This document shows, in pieces, positions 9,538 through 19,641 of a DNA stretch of 62,139 bases. Where the stretch lies: contig JAJYIM010000004.1 in assembly GCA_021790115.1 (NCBI GenBank), forward strand, positions 1 to 62,139. The letters are read 5' to 3'. The translations under genes and the position numbers were made by a program. Source of the stretch: Actinomycetes bacterium (GTDB lineage Bacteria > Actinomycetota > Thermoleophilia > BMS3ABIN01). The first letter of the stretch is position 1, and each line of letters begins with the position of its first letter. The notes under the pieces were generated by a model. The model saw only the letters and a list, made by a program, of their open reading frames with translations, did not search any database and had not been told where the DNA came from.

Positions 9538-10737
9538 ATGCGAAAACTCGGCTACATCACCGCCAAGGACTTGTTGGTCGTCGCCAAAGACAAGGGCGCC
9601 TGGATGACGCTGCTGGTGACGCCGCTGGTTGTGATTGTGGTGGTTTCTTTTGCCCTCTCGCCTGTATACAAGGGCGGCAGCCTGCACGCCACGCTGCTGG
9701 TGACAAACCACGACGCCGGCGGCATGGGCAAGCAGCTGACTGCCTCCCTGGCGGCCAGGCCCAATATCACCATCCAGGCGGCCAGCGACCGGGAAAGCGA
9801 GACGCTTAAGCAGGGAGGCAACAGCTTTGGGCTGGCGCTGGTGATTCCCAAGGACTTCTCTGCCCGCGTCCAGGCGGGGCAAAGCACGCAGCTGCAGGTC
9901 TACGAGGACCCAAACTCGACAACCTCGGCGCCGTTCCTGAAGGGCATGATCGACGGGGCTGTCAACCGCTTTTCAGCGGTGGAAGTGGCGGCAAAGGTTG
10001 CCGTGGCCGAAGCAGTAAAGCAAAATCAGCGCGCCGATGCCGCCGCAGTAGCCGGCGACGCAACCGCCGCCGCCAGCGCGCAGATGTCAAACCAGCCGAT
10101 CCAGGCTAAAGAACAGCCGGCGTCCGGCGCGAGGCAGCTAAACACGTTTGACATCGAGACGCCGGGCTTCGCCGTAATGTTCCTCCTTTTCGGCGTTATG
10201 ATTGGCGCCGAAGGGCTGCTGGAAGAGAGGGACAAAGGCACCCTGGGGCGGCTGCTGGTGGCGCCGGTCTCGAAGGCCTCCATCATCGGAGGCAAGCTGG
10301 TGGCCCAGTTCATTGTGAGCATAATCCAGATCACACTGCTGTTTGCCGTCGGCCACTTTGTATTCAGCATGGATATCGGCAATACGCTGGCGGGACTGGC
10401 GCTGATGCTCGTGGCCACCGCCTTCACCGCCACGTCGTTTGGCATCCTCCTGGCCGCACTGACAAAGACCAGGCGCCAGGCTTCTTCCATCGGCATTCTC
10501 GCCATCCTGCTGATGTCGGCGCTGGGCGGCAGCTGGTGGCCGCTCGATATTGTGCCTGCCTTTATGAGAAAATTGGGGCACCTGAGCATGAATGCATGGG
10601 CGCTGGACGGCATCAAGGGCATCATCATTCAAGGCCAGGGTTTCTCTGACATCCTTCTCCCGGCAGGAGTCTTGTTTATTTACGGCTCAGTTTGTTTCCT
10701 GATCGGCCTGAAAATGTTTAAGCTCAGGGGCCCCTGA
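9538..10737 (+). CDS. ABC-2 type exporter permease
   Basis: N-terminal TM, large extracytoplasmic loop, EERDKGTLGRLLVAPVS motif, five further TMs, GGSWWP. Confidence 0.92.
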   Translation: MRKLGYITAKDLLVVAKDKGAWMTLLVTPLVVIVVVSFALSPVYKGGSLHATLLVTNHDAGGMGKQLTASLAARPNITIQAASDRESETLKQGGNSFGLALVIPKDFSARVQAGQSTQLQVYEDPNSTTSAPFLKGMIDGAVNRFSAVEVAAKVAVAEAVKQNQRADAAAVAGDATAAASAQMSNQPIQAKEQPASGARQLNTFDIETPGFAVMFLLFGVMIGAEGLLEERDKGTLGRLLVAPVSKASIIGGKLVAQFIVSIIQITLLFAVGHFVFSMDIGNTLAGLALMLVATAFTATSFGILLAALTKTRRQASSIGILAILLMSALGGSWWPLDIVPAFMRKLGHLSMNAWALDGIKGIIIQGQGFSDILLPAGVLFIYGSVCFLIGLKMFKLRGP

Positions 10738-12132
10738 ATGGCCCCGCGCCGGGCCGGGAAGAGGCCCCGCAGACGCGCTCGCAGGCGCGCCGGCGATCTT
10801 CGCCGGCGCAGGCGGCTCCCGGTTTCGCACCTGCTGGCGCCCGGCGCCGTGCTGGCCACATTCATTGTAATTTTAATTGCGGCCGGCGCCATGTCGGGGG
10901 GCGCTTCTTCTGCCGGCGGCTCTGGGGCCCAGGTCCGTGTCATCCCCATTGACGGCACCATCGATCCGGTAATGGCCGACTTTGTCACCGGCAACATTGA
11001 CCAGGCCCAGCAGGACCACGTGCAGGCCGTCGTGCTCAGGATCGACACCCCCGGGGGACTTGATGAGTCCATGCGCGATATCATCAAGAAGATGGAAAAC
11101 ACCCCCCTGCCGGTGATCGCCTACGTGGCGCCGTCAGGAGCCCGGGCCGCGTCGGCAGGCACCTTTATCTGCATGGCCGCCGACGTCGCCGCCATGGCGC
11201 CGGGCACCAACCTGGGGGCCGCCCATCCGGTTGCCATCGGCGCCGACCCTTCCACAGACGAAGGCCGCAAGATTATCAACGACGCGGCCGCCTATATCCG
11301 CTCCCTGGCCGAGGCCAACGGCCATAACGCCGACTGGGCGGAGCTGGCGGTGCGGCAGTCTGTCTCCCTGACCGCTGATGACGCGCTATCACAAAAAGTC
11401 ATTGACTACAAAGCTGATAATTTAAATTCGCTGTTGAATCAAGTGAACGGCTTTAAAACGAAGGCCAAGGGCATCACCCTCAAAACCGCCGGCGCCGCAA
11501 CCAGTGAAGCCGGCATGTCCCTGCGCGAGCGGTTCCTGCATCTGATCCTCGATCCCAACGTCGCCTATCTCCTTTTTATCTTCGGGCTGCTGGCCATCGC
11601 TTACGAGTTTCTGCACCCGGGCATTGGCATTGGCGCCATCGCGGGCATCATTGCCCTGGTTACTTCCTTTTATGCCATGCATATCCTCCCCATCAACTAC
11701 ACGGGCGCCGTGCTGATACTGCTGGGAGTCATCCTGTTTGTCACCGAGCTCTACGTTCCTGCTCATGGAGCGCTCACGCTCGGGGGCGCCATCAGCCTGA
11801 TCGTGGGCTCGCTTTTCCTTTACAACACCTCGGCCTCGTTCCTGAAGGTGTCGCTGCCGCTGGACATCATCCTCTCGGCGTTGGCGACGGCCTTCTTTGT
11901 GTTTGTCGCCCGCTCAGCTATCCGGGCGCGCCGCCTGCCGGTGAGGAACCCGCGCAGCTTCCTGATCGGCGAGACCGGCGTCGCCCGCACCGACCTTACT
12001 CCCCTGGGCCAGGTTTTTGTCAGCGGCGAGATCTGGAGCGCCGAAGCTGCGGGGGGTGAATCAGTTGAAAAAGGGGAAGAAGTTGAAGTAACCGGCGTCA
12101 GCGGGCTGATGCTGAAGGTGAGGAAGACATAA
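10738..12132 (+). CDS. nfeD: NfeD-family membrane-bound protease (long form)
   Basis: IDTPGG, ARAASAG, MAPGTNLGAAHP ClpP-class protease motifs, TM bundle, C-terminal OB-fold with GEIWSA; exact start uncertain. Confidence 0.9.
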   Translation: MAPRRAGKRPRRRARRRAGDLRRRRRLPVSHLLAPGAVLATFIVILIAAGAMSGGASSAGGSGAQVRVIPIDGTIDPVMADFVTGNIDQAQQDHVQAVVLRIDTPGGLDESMRDIIKKMENTPLPVIAYVAPSGARAASAGTFICMAADVAAMAPGTNLGAAHPVAIGADPSTDEGRKIINDAAAYIRSLAEANGHNADWAELAVRQSVSLTADDALSQKVIDYKADNLNSLLNQVNGFKTKAKGITLKTAGAATSEAGMSLRERFLHLILDPNVAYLLFIFGLLAIAYEFLHPGIGIGAIAGIIALVTSFYAMHILPINYTGAVLILLGVILFVTELYVPAHGALTLGGAISLIVGSLFLYNTSASFLKVSLPLDIILSALATAFFVFVARSAIRARRLPVRNPRSFLIGETGVARTDLTPLGQVFVSGEIWSAEAAGGESVEKGEEVEVTGVSGLMLKVRKT

Positions 12133-12213
12133 AAAAACGGTTGCGGGTTGCCGATCCTTACCAGCGTGCGTCCATCATGACTGCGAAACTAAAGTTTAAT
12201 AAAGGGAGGATCC

Positions 12214-12978
12214 ATGGGTGTCATTGTAATCTTGATCGGCATTATCGGCTTTATTGTCATCCTGATGCTGCTGGCCGCTATCCGCGTCGCCAAGGAATAT
12301 GAGCGGGGCGTCATTTTCCGGCTGGGGCGGCTGATCGGCCAAAAAGGCCCTGGCCTGTTCCTGCTGCTGCCTGTTCTGGACCGGATGGTAAAAATCGACC
12401 TGCGCATCGTCACCATGAGCGTGCCGCCGCAGGAGGTGATCACCCGCGATAACGTCCCGGTCAAGGTCAACGCCGTCCTCTTCTTCCGCGTCCTTGACCC
12501 GCAAAAGGCGGTGATGGCCGTGGAGAACTTCATCATGGCCACCTCCCAGATCGCCCAGACGACCTTAAGGAGCACGCTGGGCCAGTCCGACCTGGACCAC
12601 CTGCTGGCCGAGCGCGACAAGATCAATCAGCAACTGCAAAAAATCATTGACGAGCAGACGGCTCCCTGGGGCATCAAGGTGACCACCGTGGAGGTCAAGG
12701 ACGTGGAGATTCCCCAGACAATGCAGCGGGCAATGGCAAGGCAGGCGGAAGCGGAGCGGGAGCGGCGGGCCAAGATCATCGCCGCCGAGGGCGAGTTCCA
12801 GGCCTCGGAGAAGCTGGCCAGCGCCGCCAATGTCATCTCTGCCGAGCCGATGGCGCTGCAACTGCGTTTTCTGCAAACCCTTGTCGAAGTTTCGTCAGAG
12901 CACAACTCAACCACCATCTTCCCCGTGCCGATAGATCTGATCAGGCCGTTCCTGGAAGGCGCTAAAACCAAAGAATAG
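12214..12978 (+). CDS. SPFH/band-7 (stomatin-like) protein
   Basis: [38 protein letters not shown]; standard partner of NfeD. Confidence 0.95.
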   Translation: MGVIVILIGIIGFIVILMLLAAIRVAKEYERGVIFRLGRLIGQKGPGLFLLLPVLDRMVKIDLRIVTMSVPPQEVITRDNVPVKVNAVLFFRVLDPQKAVMAVENFIMATSQIAQTTLRSTLGQSDLDHLLAERDKINQQLQKIIDEQTAPWGIKVTTVEVKDVEIPQTMQRAMARQAEAERERRAKIIAAEGEFQASEKLASAANVISAEPMALQLRFLQTLVEVSSEHNSTTIFPVPIDLIRPFLEGAKTKE

Positions 12979-13035
12979 CCGGGACCCTGCTCCCAAACAG
13001 ATTGATCAGCGGGTTATAGAACTGGAATAAGAAAT

Positions 13036-13779
13036 ATGGTTCAATACGATTTACTAGATCAGGAGGCGGAAGCACAGGCGCTCAGGCAACCCGGCCGTAA
13101 GCCGGGAGCTGTGCCCTGGTCGGTGCGGGACGTTTTCGCGATTATCGCGCTAGTAGCCGCCGCCGACCTTGTCATTCTGGGCCTGTTTTTGCGGCTGCTG
13201 TCGCCGACCTCAACGGAAATTATCCAGGACCCGCTGCTTAGCCTGGCGTTCCTGCTCCTGCAGTGGGGGGTCACATTGGGGGCGGCCCTGGGCTACCTGA
13301 GGCTGCGCCGCTATTCTTTCAGGCCCGCAACGCTGGGGTTTAGGCCAACGGCGCCGGTAATGGCGGCGCTGATGGTGCTGGCGGTGCTGTTCCTCGCTTA
13401 TACCGGCTCGGCCGTTTACGATCAGTTTATTACGCCGCAGCCGCAACAGGCGCTGCAGGAGATCCAGCCGGGAATATATAACCTCGCCCTTGCCCTGCTG
13501 CAGATAGTTATTATTGCGCCCTTGGCGGAGGAGACTTTCTTTCGCGGCGTCATCCACCAGGGACTGGAGCAGGGGCTGGGATTCCTGCCCGGGGCGGTTC
13601 TGTCGGCGTCGATTTTCGCCCTGGCGCATTTTCAGCTTGATATTTTCGTGCCCATTTTTCTGCTTGGCTTCGGCTTTGCTTTCCTTGTGCACCGCACCCG
13701 TTCGCTTTGGCCTTCCATTGGCGGGCACATGCTGTTTAATCTGGTGGGCGTGATCGCGACGTACACGTCGCTCCGATAG
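13036..13779 (+). CDS. CPBP (CAAX protease-like) intramembrane metalloprotease
   Basis: APLAEETFFRG, FALAH, SLWPSIGGHMLFN motifs; multiple TMs. Confidence 0.92.
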   Translation: MVQYDLLDQEAEAQALRQPGRKPGAVPWSVRDVFAIIALVAAADLVILGLFLRLLSPTSTEIIQDPLLSLAFLLLQWGVTLGAALGYLRLRRYSFRPATLGFRPTAPVMAALMVLAVLFLAYTGSAVYDQFITPQPQQALQEIQPGIYNLALALLQIVIIAPLAEETFFRGVIHQGLEQGLGFLPGAVLSASIFALAHFQLDIFVPIFLLGFGFAFLVHRTRSLWPSIGGHMLFNLVGVIATYTSLR

Positions 13780-13799
13780 AGCGGCCGGCCGCAAACAGG

Positions 13800-13844
13800 C
13801 CGCCTGACGATTACCCCCCGGACCGCCTGACGATTACCCCCGGA
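13800..13844. repeat. Two-copy tandem repeat ccgcctgacgattacc(c)ccgga
   Basis: 23-bp and 22-bp copies differing only in C-run length, upstream of the nuo operon. Confidence 0.85.
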
Positions 13845-14049
13845 AGTGGATTTGTAATTCCTGCAGCCGTTTAATATAGTAACGCCGGAAATCAAGAAGC
13901 TAACTCAAGGGCGGCGTTCTTCGCGCGGGCGGATTTCACCGGCCTGACCTGCTGCTCGTCAAGTTCAACGATCCTGCTTTAACGCTTGTACAACATGCTT
14001 ACAGGCAAGAGTGAGAGCCACAAGGCCGTGGAGTTGTGCGGGGTTTGCA

Positions 14050-14421
14050 GTGACTCCTGATTACGCCCAAAGCTACGTTTACGTCGCGGCTTTGGGAATC
14101 GTCGGCTTTGGCTTTGTCCTCGCCACCATCGGCATCTCGCGGCTGCTGCAGCGGCGTCACACCTATTCCGAGAAGTTAACGCCATACGAGTGCGGCATCG
14201 AGCCGCTGGTGGGCGACAGCTGGTCCCCGTTCGCGGTGCGCTATTACATCTGTGCCCTCCTCTTCGTTATTTTTGACGTGGAGGCTGTTTTTGTCTACCC
14301 GTGGGCGCTGATCTTCCGCAGCCTGGGGAAGGCCGGCTTTGCCGAGATGATGATCTTTATCGCCGTGCTGCTGTTCGGGCTCATCTACGCCTGGGCCAAG
14401 GGCGCACTGGAGTGGAGCTAA
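14050..14421 (+). CDS. nuoA: NADH-quinone oxidoreductase subunit A
   Basis: PYECG, RYY...[14 protein letters not shown]; GTG at 14050 preferred over track start 14011. Confidence 0.95.
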   Translation: MTPDYAQSYVYVAALGIVGFGFVLATIGISRLLQRRHTYSEKLTPYECGIEPLVGDSWSPFAVRYYICALLFVIFDVEAVFVYPWALIFRSLGKAGFAEMMIFIAVLLFGLIYAWAKGALEWS

Positions 14422-14423
14422 AG

Positions 14424-14963
14424 ATGTCCGTCCTGGAGCGGTTCGAGCATCCCAACATCCTAACTACCACAACCGACTGGTTATTCAACTGGGCCAGGCT
14501 CAACTCGCTCTGGCCCTTCACTTACGGGCTGGCCTGCTGCGCCATCGAGATGATCGCCACGACGATGCCGCGCCATGACATGGCCCGCTTCGGGATGGAG
14601 GCCTTCCGCGCCACCCCGCGGCAAGCCGACGTCATGATCGTATCCGGCACTATTACGGACAAGATGGCGCCGGTGCTGGTGCACCTTTACCATCAGATGG
14701 CGGAGCCGCGCTGGGTGGTGGCGATGGGCGCCTGCGCGTCCGGCGGCGGCATGTTCTGGGATTCTTACAACGTGGTCCAGGGAGCGGACCTGCTGGTGCC
14801 TGTCGATATCTATATCCCCGGCTGCCCGCCCCGGCCCGAGGCGCTCATTTATGGCATGCGCCAGCTGCAGGAAAAAATCCGCCAGCAGACCCAGGTGGGC
14901 CTGGCGCGCAAACTGGCGGCGGGAACAATGGTTAAGTATGACCCCGGAGATGGTGGGCAATGA
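14424..14963 (+). CDS. nuoB: NADH-quinone oxidoreductase subunit B
   Basis: [35 protein letters not shown]; ATG 14424 follows the nuoA stop. Confidence 0.97.
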   Translation: MSVLERFEHPNILTTTTDWLFNWARLNSLWPFTYGLACCAIEMIATTMPRHDMARFGMEAFRATPRQADVMIVSGTITDKMAPVLVHLYHQMAEPRWVVAMGACASGGGMFWDSYNVVQGADLLVPVDIYIPGCPPRPEALIYGMRQLQEKIRQQTQVGLARKLAAGTMVKYDPGDGGQ

Positions 14964-15508
14964 GCGCCGATCGTTCCGTCCCGGGCAGCGCCGAAGCAGC
15001 CGAGCTGGCCGAAGACCTGCTGGCGGGCCTGGCCACTGACGTCTACCAGGAAAAAGACCGGATCGTCATTGCGCTCATGCCGGATGTCCTGCCGGAAGCG
15101 GCGCTCAGGCTCCGGGACCACGCCCGGCTTTCCTTCAAGTACCTGAGTTTTGTCAGCGGCATCGACTATGAGGACAGGATGGACGCTATCTATATTCTGC
15201 GCTCGGTCAACCACCAGGTGGTGGCGGAGCTGCGGGTGCGGCTCGACCGCGGGCAGCCGGTTGTGCCGACCGTGTCAAACGTGTGGAGCACTGCCGGCTG
15301 GCACGAACGCGAGGCCTACGACCTGCTGGGCATCGTTTTCGAAGGTCATCCAGACCTGCGGCGGATCCTTACCCGTGGCGAAGACGGCGTCTTCCCGCTG
15401 CGCAAGGACGCCCAGCCGCACCGGGTCAGGCGCGATGAATGGCGGTTTGATGGCATTGCCGAGCCGCGGCGGCTGCCCGGCGAGGGCGGCCGGGAGCAAC
15501 GCTCATGA
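14960..15508 (+). CDS. nuoC: NADH-quinone oxidoreductase subunit C
   Basis: [35 protein letters not shown]. Confidence 0.95.
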   Translation: MSADRSVPGSAEAAELAEDLLAGLATDVYQEKDRIVIALMPDVLPEAALRLRDHARLSFKYLSFVSGIDYEDRMDAIYILRSVNHQVVAELRVRLDRGQPVVPTVSNVWSTAGWHEREAYDLLGIVFEGHPDLRRILTRGEDGVFPLRKDAQPHRVRRDEWRFDGIAEPRRLPGEGGREQRS

Positions 15509-15592
15509 GCAAAAGAAAGAGCGGGTCCAATCACTGAAGTCCAGGACATAACCAAAGCAACGTCCGAAAACCGCGACCTGCGGCTGGAGGAG

Positions 15593-16672
15593 ATGGTCCT
15601 TAACATGGGCCCCCAGCACCCGTCGACGCATGGCGTCCTCAGGCTGGTGCTGCATCTTGACGGCGAGCTGATCGTCAGCGCCGATCCCGACATCGGTTAT
15701 CTGCACCGGGGATTTGAAAGGCTGGCGGAGAACCGCACCTACCTGCAGTTCTTCTCGATGTTGTCGCGGCTCGACTACCTGGCCGGCTTCTTCATGGAAT
15801 GGGCTTACGTGCGCGCCATCGAAGAACTGATGGAGATTGAACCGCCGCCGCGGGCCGAATACCTGCGCGTCATCGTTGGCGAGCTTAACCGCATCATCAG
15901 CCATCACATGGGCATCGGCGACTACCTGCTTAACCTGGGCGCCGCCACGCCCATGTTCTGGATGTTCCGGGACCGCGAAGATGTCCTTGACCTGCTGGAG
16001 ATGCTCACAGGACAGAGGATGATGTACAATTTTGCGCGCGTCGGCGGCGTGCGCTACGACCTGCCGGACGGGTTTGAGGATAAATGCCGCAAGTTTCTGA
16101 AAGAATTTCCCGCCAGGATCGACGAGTACGAGCAGCTGATCACGGGCAACGAGATTTTCCTGGCCCGCTCAGTGGGGGTCGGCGTGATCACAGCGGAGGC
16201 AGCGCTTGACTTCGGCCTCTCGGGGCCAAACCTGCGCGCCGCCGGCATACCCTGGGACCTGAGGCGGGAAGACGCCTATTCTGTTTACCCGGAGCTTGAT
16301 TTTGACATTCCCACCGGCAAGAATGGCGACAGCTTCGACCGTTACAAGTGCCGCATCGAGGAGTTGCGCCAGTCGGTGCGCATCATCGGGCAGGCGCTGG
16401 ACGCGCTGCCCGGGGGCCCGGTCAATATGAGGATGCCGCCGATGCTGCGGCCGCCGGCGGGCGAGATATACTGCGCCGTGGAGACCGGGCGGGGTGAGTG
16501 GTCCAATTACTTGATCTCTGACGGGGGGCTGCGCCCGTACCGCCTGAAGCTGCGCGACTCCTGCTTTGTGGCTGTGTCCACGCTGCCTGAAATCCTGCCC
16601 GGCAACAAGGTCGCCGACGTGGTCGGGATCGCCGGCAGCCTTGATCTGATCATGGGAGCGGTGGACCGGTGA
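15593..16672 (+). CDS. nuoD: NADH-quinone oxidoreductase subunit D
   Basis: LNMGPQHPSTHGVLRL, GYLHRG, RLDY, ETGRGE, GAVDR; the true start is probably upstream (ATG 15505 with a one-base slip, see findings). Confidence 0.95.
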   Translation: MVLNMGPQHPSTHGVLRLVLHLDGELIVSADPDIGYLHRGFERLAENRTYLQFFSMLSRLDYLAGFFMEWAYVRAIEELMEIEPPPRAEYLRVIVGELNRIISHHMGIGDYLLNLGAATPMFWMFRDREDVLDLLEMLTGQRMMYNFARVGGVRYDLPDGFEDKCRKFLKEFPARIDEYEQLITGNEIFLARSVGVGVITAEAALDFGLSGPNLRAAGIPWDLRREDAYSVYPELDFDIPTGKNGDSFDRYKCRIEELRQSVRIIGQALDALPGGPVNMRMPPMLRPPAGEIYCAVETGRGEWSNYLISDGGLRPYRLKLRDSCFVAVSTLPEILPGNKVADVVGIAGSLDLIMGAVDR

Positions 16673-17766
16673 GCTGGGGCATGTCTTTCGCAATTCATCT
16701 GGTTGCAGCCCTGGTGATTGCGCTGGCCGTGCCTCTTTTAAGCGCCCTTGCTTTCCCCTTTGGCCTGCGGCGCATCTGGGGTTTCATGGGGGACCGCCTC
16801 GGCCCCAACCGCGTCGGCCCGCAGGGGCTGTTTCAGGCCCTGGCCGACAGCCTCAAGCTGTTCATCAAGGAGGACATCACGCCCAGCGGCAGCGACCGGC
16901 TGCTGTTTACACTGGCGCCGGTGATCGCGTTCATCACCCCGGTGCTGGCAATCTCGCTGATTCCTTTCAGCAAAGGGTTCACGATCGCCAACCTGAACGT
17001 GGGCCTGGTGTTCATTGTCGCCTTCGGGTCTTTCGCGGTCCTCGGCATCCTGCTGGCGGGCTGGGCGTCGCATAACAAATACTCGCTGCTGGGAGGGCTG
17101 CGCTCGGTGGCGCAGATGGTCTCTTACGAGATCCCGATGATCCTCAACATCATCATCATCGCCATGCTGGTGGGCTCGCTCAGCCTCGGCGACGTTGTTG
17201 GCGCCCAGGGAAAAATTTGGTATATAGCGGTCCAGCCGCTGGCGTTCATTGTTTTTATCATTGCCGGCATGGCTGAGCTTAACCGGACGCCGTTTGACCT
17301 GCCGGAGGCGGAATCGGAGCTGGTCGGCGGCTACATGACCGAGTACGGCGGCATGCGCTTCGGCTTCTTTTACGGCCTCATCGAGTGGGGCAACGTTGCC
17401 ATCTGGTCGCTGACCGGCGCCACCCTGTTTCTGGGCGGCTGGCGCGGGCCCTTCGCCGGCAGCCCCGGCTGGCTGATTTTAAAAGTACTGGTCCTGACGT
17501 TTGTGGTCATCTGGTTTTTCGCGACTTTCCCCCGCCTCCAGGTTGACCAGCTGATGAATTTTGCCTGGAAAGTGCTGATCCCGCTGAGCCTGGTCAATCT
17601 GGGGGTGACGGGCCTGCTGATTATCCTGCTGCCGGACAATTTCCTGCCGCCGGTGGCGGCGTTCAGCTGGGTTTCGGTGACCGCGGTAATCGTGCTGTTT
17701 CAACCGGTGTTAAGAAAGGCTCTGGTGCACAAGCGGCTCAAATTGAACCCCGGAACCCGGAACTAA
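16669..17766 (+). CDS. nuoH: NADH-quinone oxidoreductase subunit H
   Basis: RLGPNRVGPQG, DSLKLFIKED, SHNKYSLLGGLRSVAQMVSYE, NRTPFDLPEAESELVGGYMTEY. Confidence 0.97.
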   Translation: MSWGMSFAIHLVAALVIALAVPLLSALAFPFGLRRIWGFMGDRLGPNRVGPQGLFQALADSLKLFIKEDITPSGSDRLLFTLAPVIAFITPVLAISLIPFSKGFTIANLNVGLVFIVAFGSFAVLGILLAGWASHNKYSLLGGLRSVAQMVSYEIPMILNIIIIAMLVGSLSLGDVVGAQGKIWYIAVQPLAFIVFIIAGMAELNRTPFDLPEAESELVGGYMTEYGGMRFGFFYGLIEWGNVAIWSLTGATLFLGGWRGPFAGSPGWLILKVLVLTFVVIWFFATFPRLQVDQLMNFAWKVLIPLSLVNLGVTGLLIILLPDNFLPPVAAFSWVSVTAVIVLFQPVLRKALVHKRLKLNPGTRN

Positions 17767-17772
17767 TCAATC

Positions 17773-19584
17773 ATGATCGGCTTACTAAAAGGCTTGAAGA
17801 TAACCGGGGCCCACCTCTTCCGCAGGAAGGTGACGGTGCAATATCCGGAAGAGCGGCGTCAGCTGCCCGAGCGCAGCCGCGGGCTGATCCGCCTGCGCCT
17901 GAAGGCGGATGCGCTGACGCCGCGCTGCATTGCCTGCACCTTTTGCGAGCAGGTCTGCCCGGCCGTTGCTATCAAGGTTATTTATGATGACAAGCAGCCG
18001 GAAAAAGTGTGGCGCTTTGACGCTGGTGCCGGACCGATGCTGTCATTTTTCAATAAGGGCGAAAAAGCGGTGGGAATTCCAGAGTGGCCCCGCGCCGGCC
18101 TTAAGTGCGCCGCGCCCGAGAGGCACGGCTGCCTGGCCAACTCCTTGCTTGACGCAAAGGAGCTGACCGAGGAGGTGCTCACGGCCACTGCCGCAAGCAG
18201 CGGCGCCTGGCTCAGCCAGGTTTTTGGCGTCGCCACCTTTTATGACCAGTTGGGGCCGGGAGCGCCGGCGCTGGGGCCCGAGCCGGAAGAGCCCCCCGCC
18301 AGGGTCACCGCTGAGGGCTGCCCGCCGATTCTGCTGGGGAATATCGGCAACGTCGATCCGGAAAACATTGAATCATATTCCGGCGCCGGCGGTTACAAGG
18401 CCGTCACCAAAACGCTGACTGAGATGGCTCCGGCCGAGGTCGTGGACGAGATCGCCGTCAGCGGCCTCAGGGGCCGCAGCGGCTCCGGTTTCCCCACCGG
18501 ACGCAAGTGGCAGGTGGCGGCGGCGCAGAGCGCCGTCACAAAATTCATCATCTGCAACGGCGAAGAGGGCGATCCGGGATCAATAAAAGACCGCGTCATC
18601 CTGGAAGAGAATCCGCACGCGGTCATCGAGGGCATGATCTTGGCCGGCTATGCCGTGGGCGCCGGCGAAGGGATAATATACTTAAGCGCCGAAAACCGGC
18701 TGGCGGTGGAGAGGATCAGGCGGGCGGCGGAGCAGGCCGAAGACCGGGGCCTGCTGGCAGACGAGCTGCCCGGCACCGGCTTCACTTTTTCCATTCACGT
18801 AATAGAGGCGCCCCGCGCACCCGTCGGCGGAGAGGAAACGGCGCTGATCGCCGCCCTGGAAGGCAATCGGCCCATGCCGGGCGTGCGGCCGCCCTACCCG
18901 GCCGAGAAAGGCCTGCGGGGGATGCCAACCGTGGTTGAAAACGTCGAGACGCTGGCGACAGTGCCCTGGATCATCAACAACGGCGCCCGCGCCTTCCAGC
19001 AGCTGGGGGCGCCGCATGCCCCCGGAACCAAGCTCTTCACCTTGCTGGGGGCAGTGGGCAAACCTGGTCTTTACGAGTCCACGCTTGACACCAGCCTGAA
19101 GAAGCTCATCGTCACTGAAGCAGGCGGCTTTACCGGCCAGGCCAAGGCGGCCCTGATCGGGACAGTCTGGGGTGGTTTCCTGTCGCCGGGGCTTTTTGAC
19201 ATCCCCCTTGATTTTGATTCTATCCGGGAAGCCGGCGGCGACTTAAGCTCCGGCACCATAAATGTGCTGGGCGAGGATGCCTGTATTGTTGACGCGGTCC
19301 GGAAGTGCCTCGCCTTTGCTGCCGCCGAGTCGTGCGGCAAGTGCGTCCCTTGCCGGCTTGGCACCTGGCGCCTGCTTGATATTGTGGAAAAAATTTGCTT
19401 GGGCAAGGGGAGTGAGGCCGACATCGAGCTGGCCGAGGCGCTGGCCGGGGACGTTCAGGCAGGGGCGCTCTGCGGCCTGGGGCGCGGCGCCGTGCAGCCG
19501 TTTTTAACCGGCGTCAAGTTTTTCCGGGATGAATTTCTGGAGCACGCCGCCGAAGGGCGCTGCCGCGCCGGGAAATGCGGATAA
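17773..19584 (+). CDS. Fusion: N-terminal half of NuoI + NuoE-like helical remnant + NuoF/HydB-like FMN subunit
   Basis: aa 1-85 GLKITGAHLFRRKVTVQYPEE...CIACTFCEQVCP is NuoI with only its first Fe-S motif; LSQVFGVATFY resembles the NuoE N-terminal helix; GLRGRSGSGFPTGRKW, CNGEEGDPG, GEETAL, ESCGKCVPCRLG, LCGLG are NuoF motifs. Confidence 0.9.
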   Translation: MIGLLKGLKITGAHLFRRKVTVQYPEERRQLPERSRGLIRLRLKADALTPRCIACTFCEQVCPAVAIKVIYDDKQPEKVWRFDAGAGPMLSFFNKGEKAVGIPEWPRAGLKCAAPERHGCLANSLLDAKELTEEVLTATAASSGAWLSQVFGVATFYDQLGPGAPALGPEPEEPPARVTAEGCPPILLGNIGNVDPENIESYSGAGGYKAVTKTLTEMAPAEVVDEIAVSGLRGRSGSGFPTGRKWQVAAAQSAVTKFIICNGEEGDPGSIKDRVILEENPHAVIEGMILAGYAVGAGEGIIYLSAENRLAVERIRRAAEQAEDRGLLADELPGTGFTFSIHVIEAPRAPVGGEETALIAALEGNRPMPGVRPPYPAEKGLRGMPTVVENVETLATVPWIINNGARAFQQLGAPHAPGTKLFTLLGAVGKPGLYESTLDTSLKKLIVTEAGGFTGQAKAALIGTVWGGFLSPGLFDIPLDFDSIREAGGDLSSGTINVLGEDACIVDAVRKCLAFAAAESCGKCVPCRLGTWRLLDIVEKICLGKGSEADIELAEALAGDVQAGALCGLGRGAVQPFLTGVKFFRDEFLEHAAEGRCRAGKCG

Positions 19585-19641
19585 AGCGGACGCTGGATGC
19601 TGGATCCTGGAAAAAAAGTAAAGATTGACAGACGGGTGACA

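Noticed and set aside
15506-15508. In-frame TGA between nuoC and nuoD as selenocysteine
   Set aside because: No SECIS-like hairpin follows, the position is a non-conserved linker, and a one-base indel after an ATGA overlap explains it more simply.
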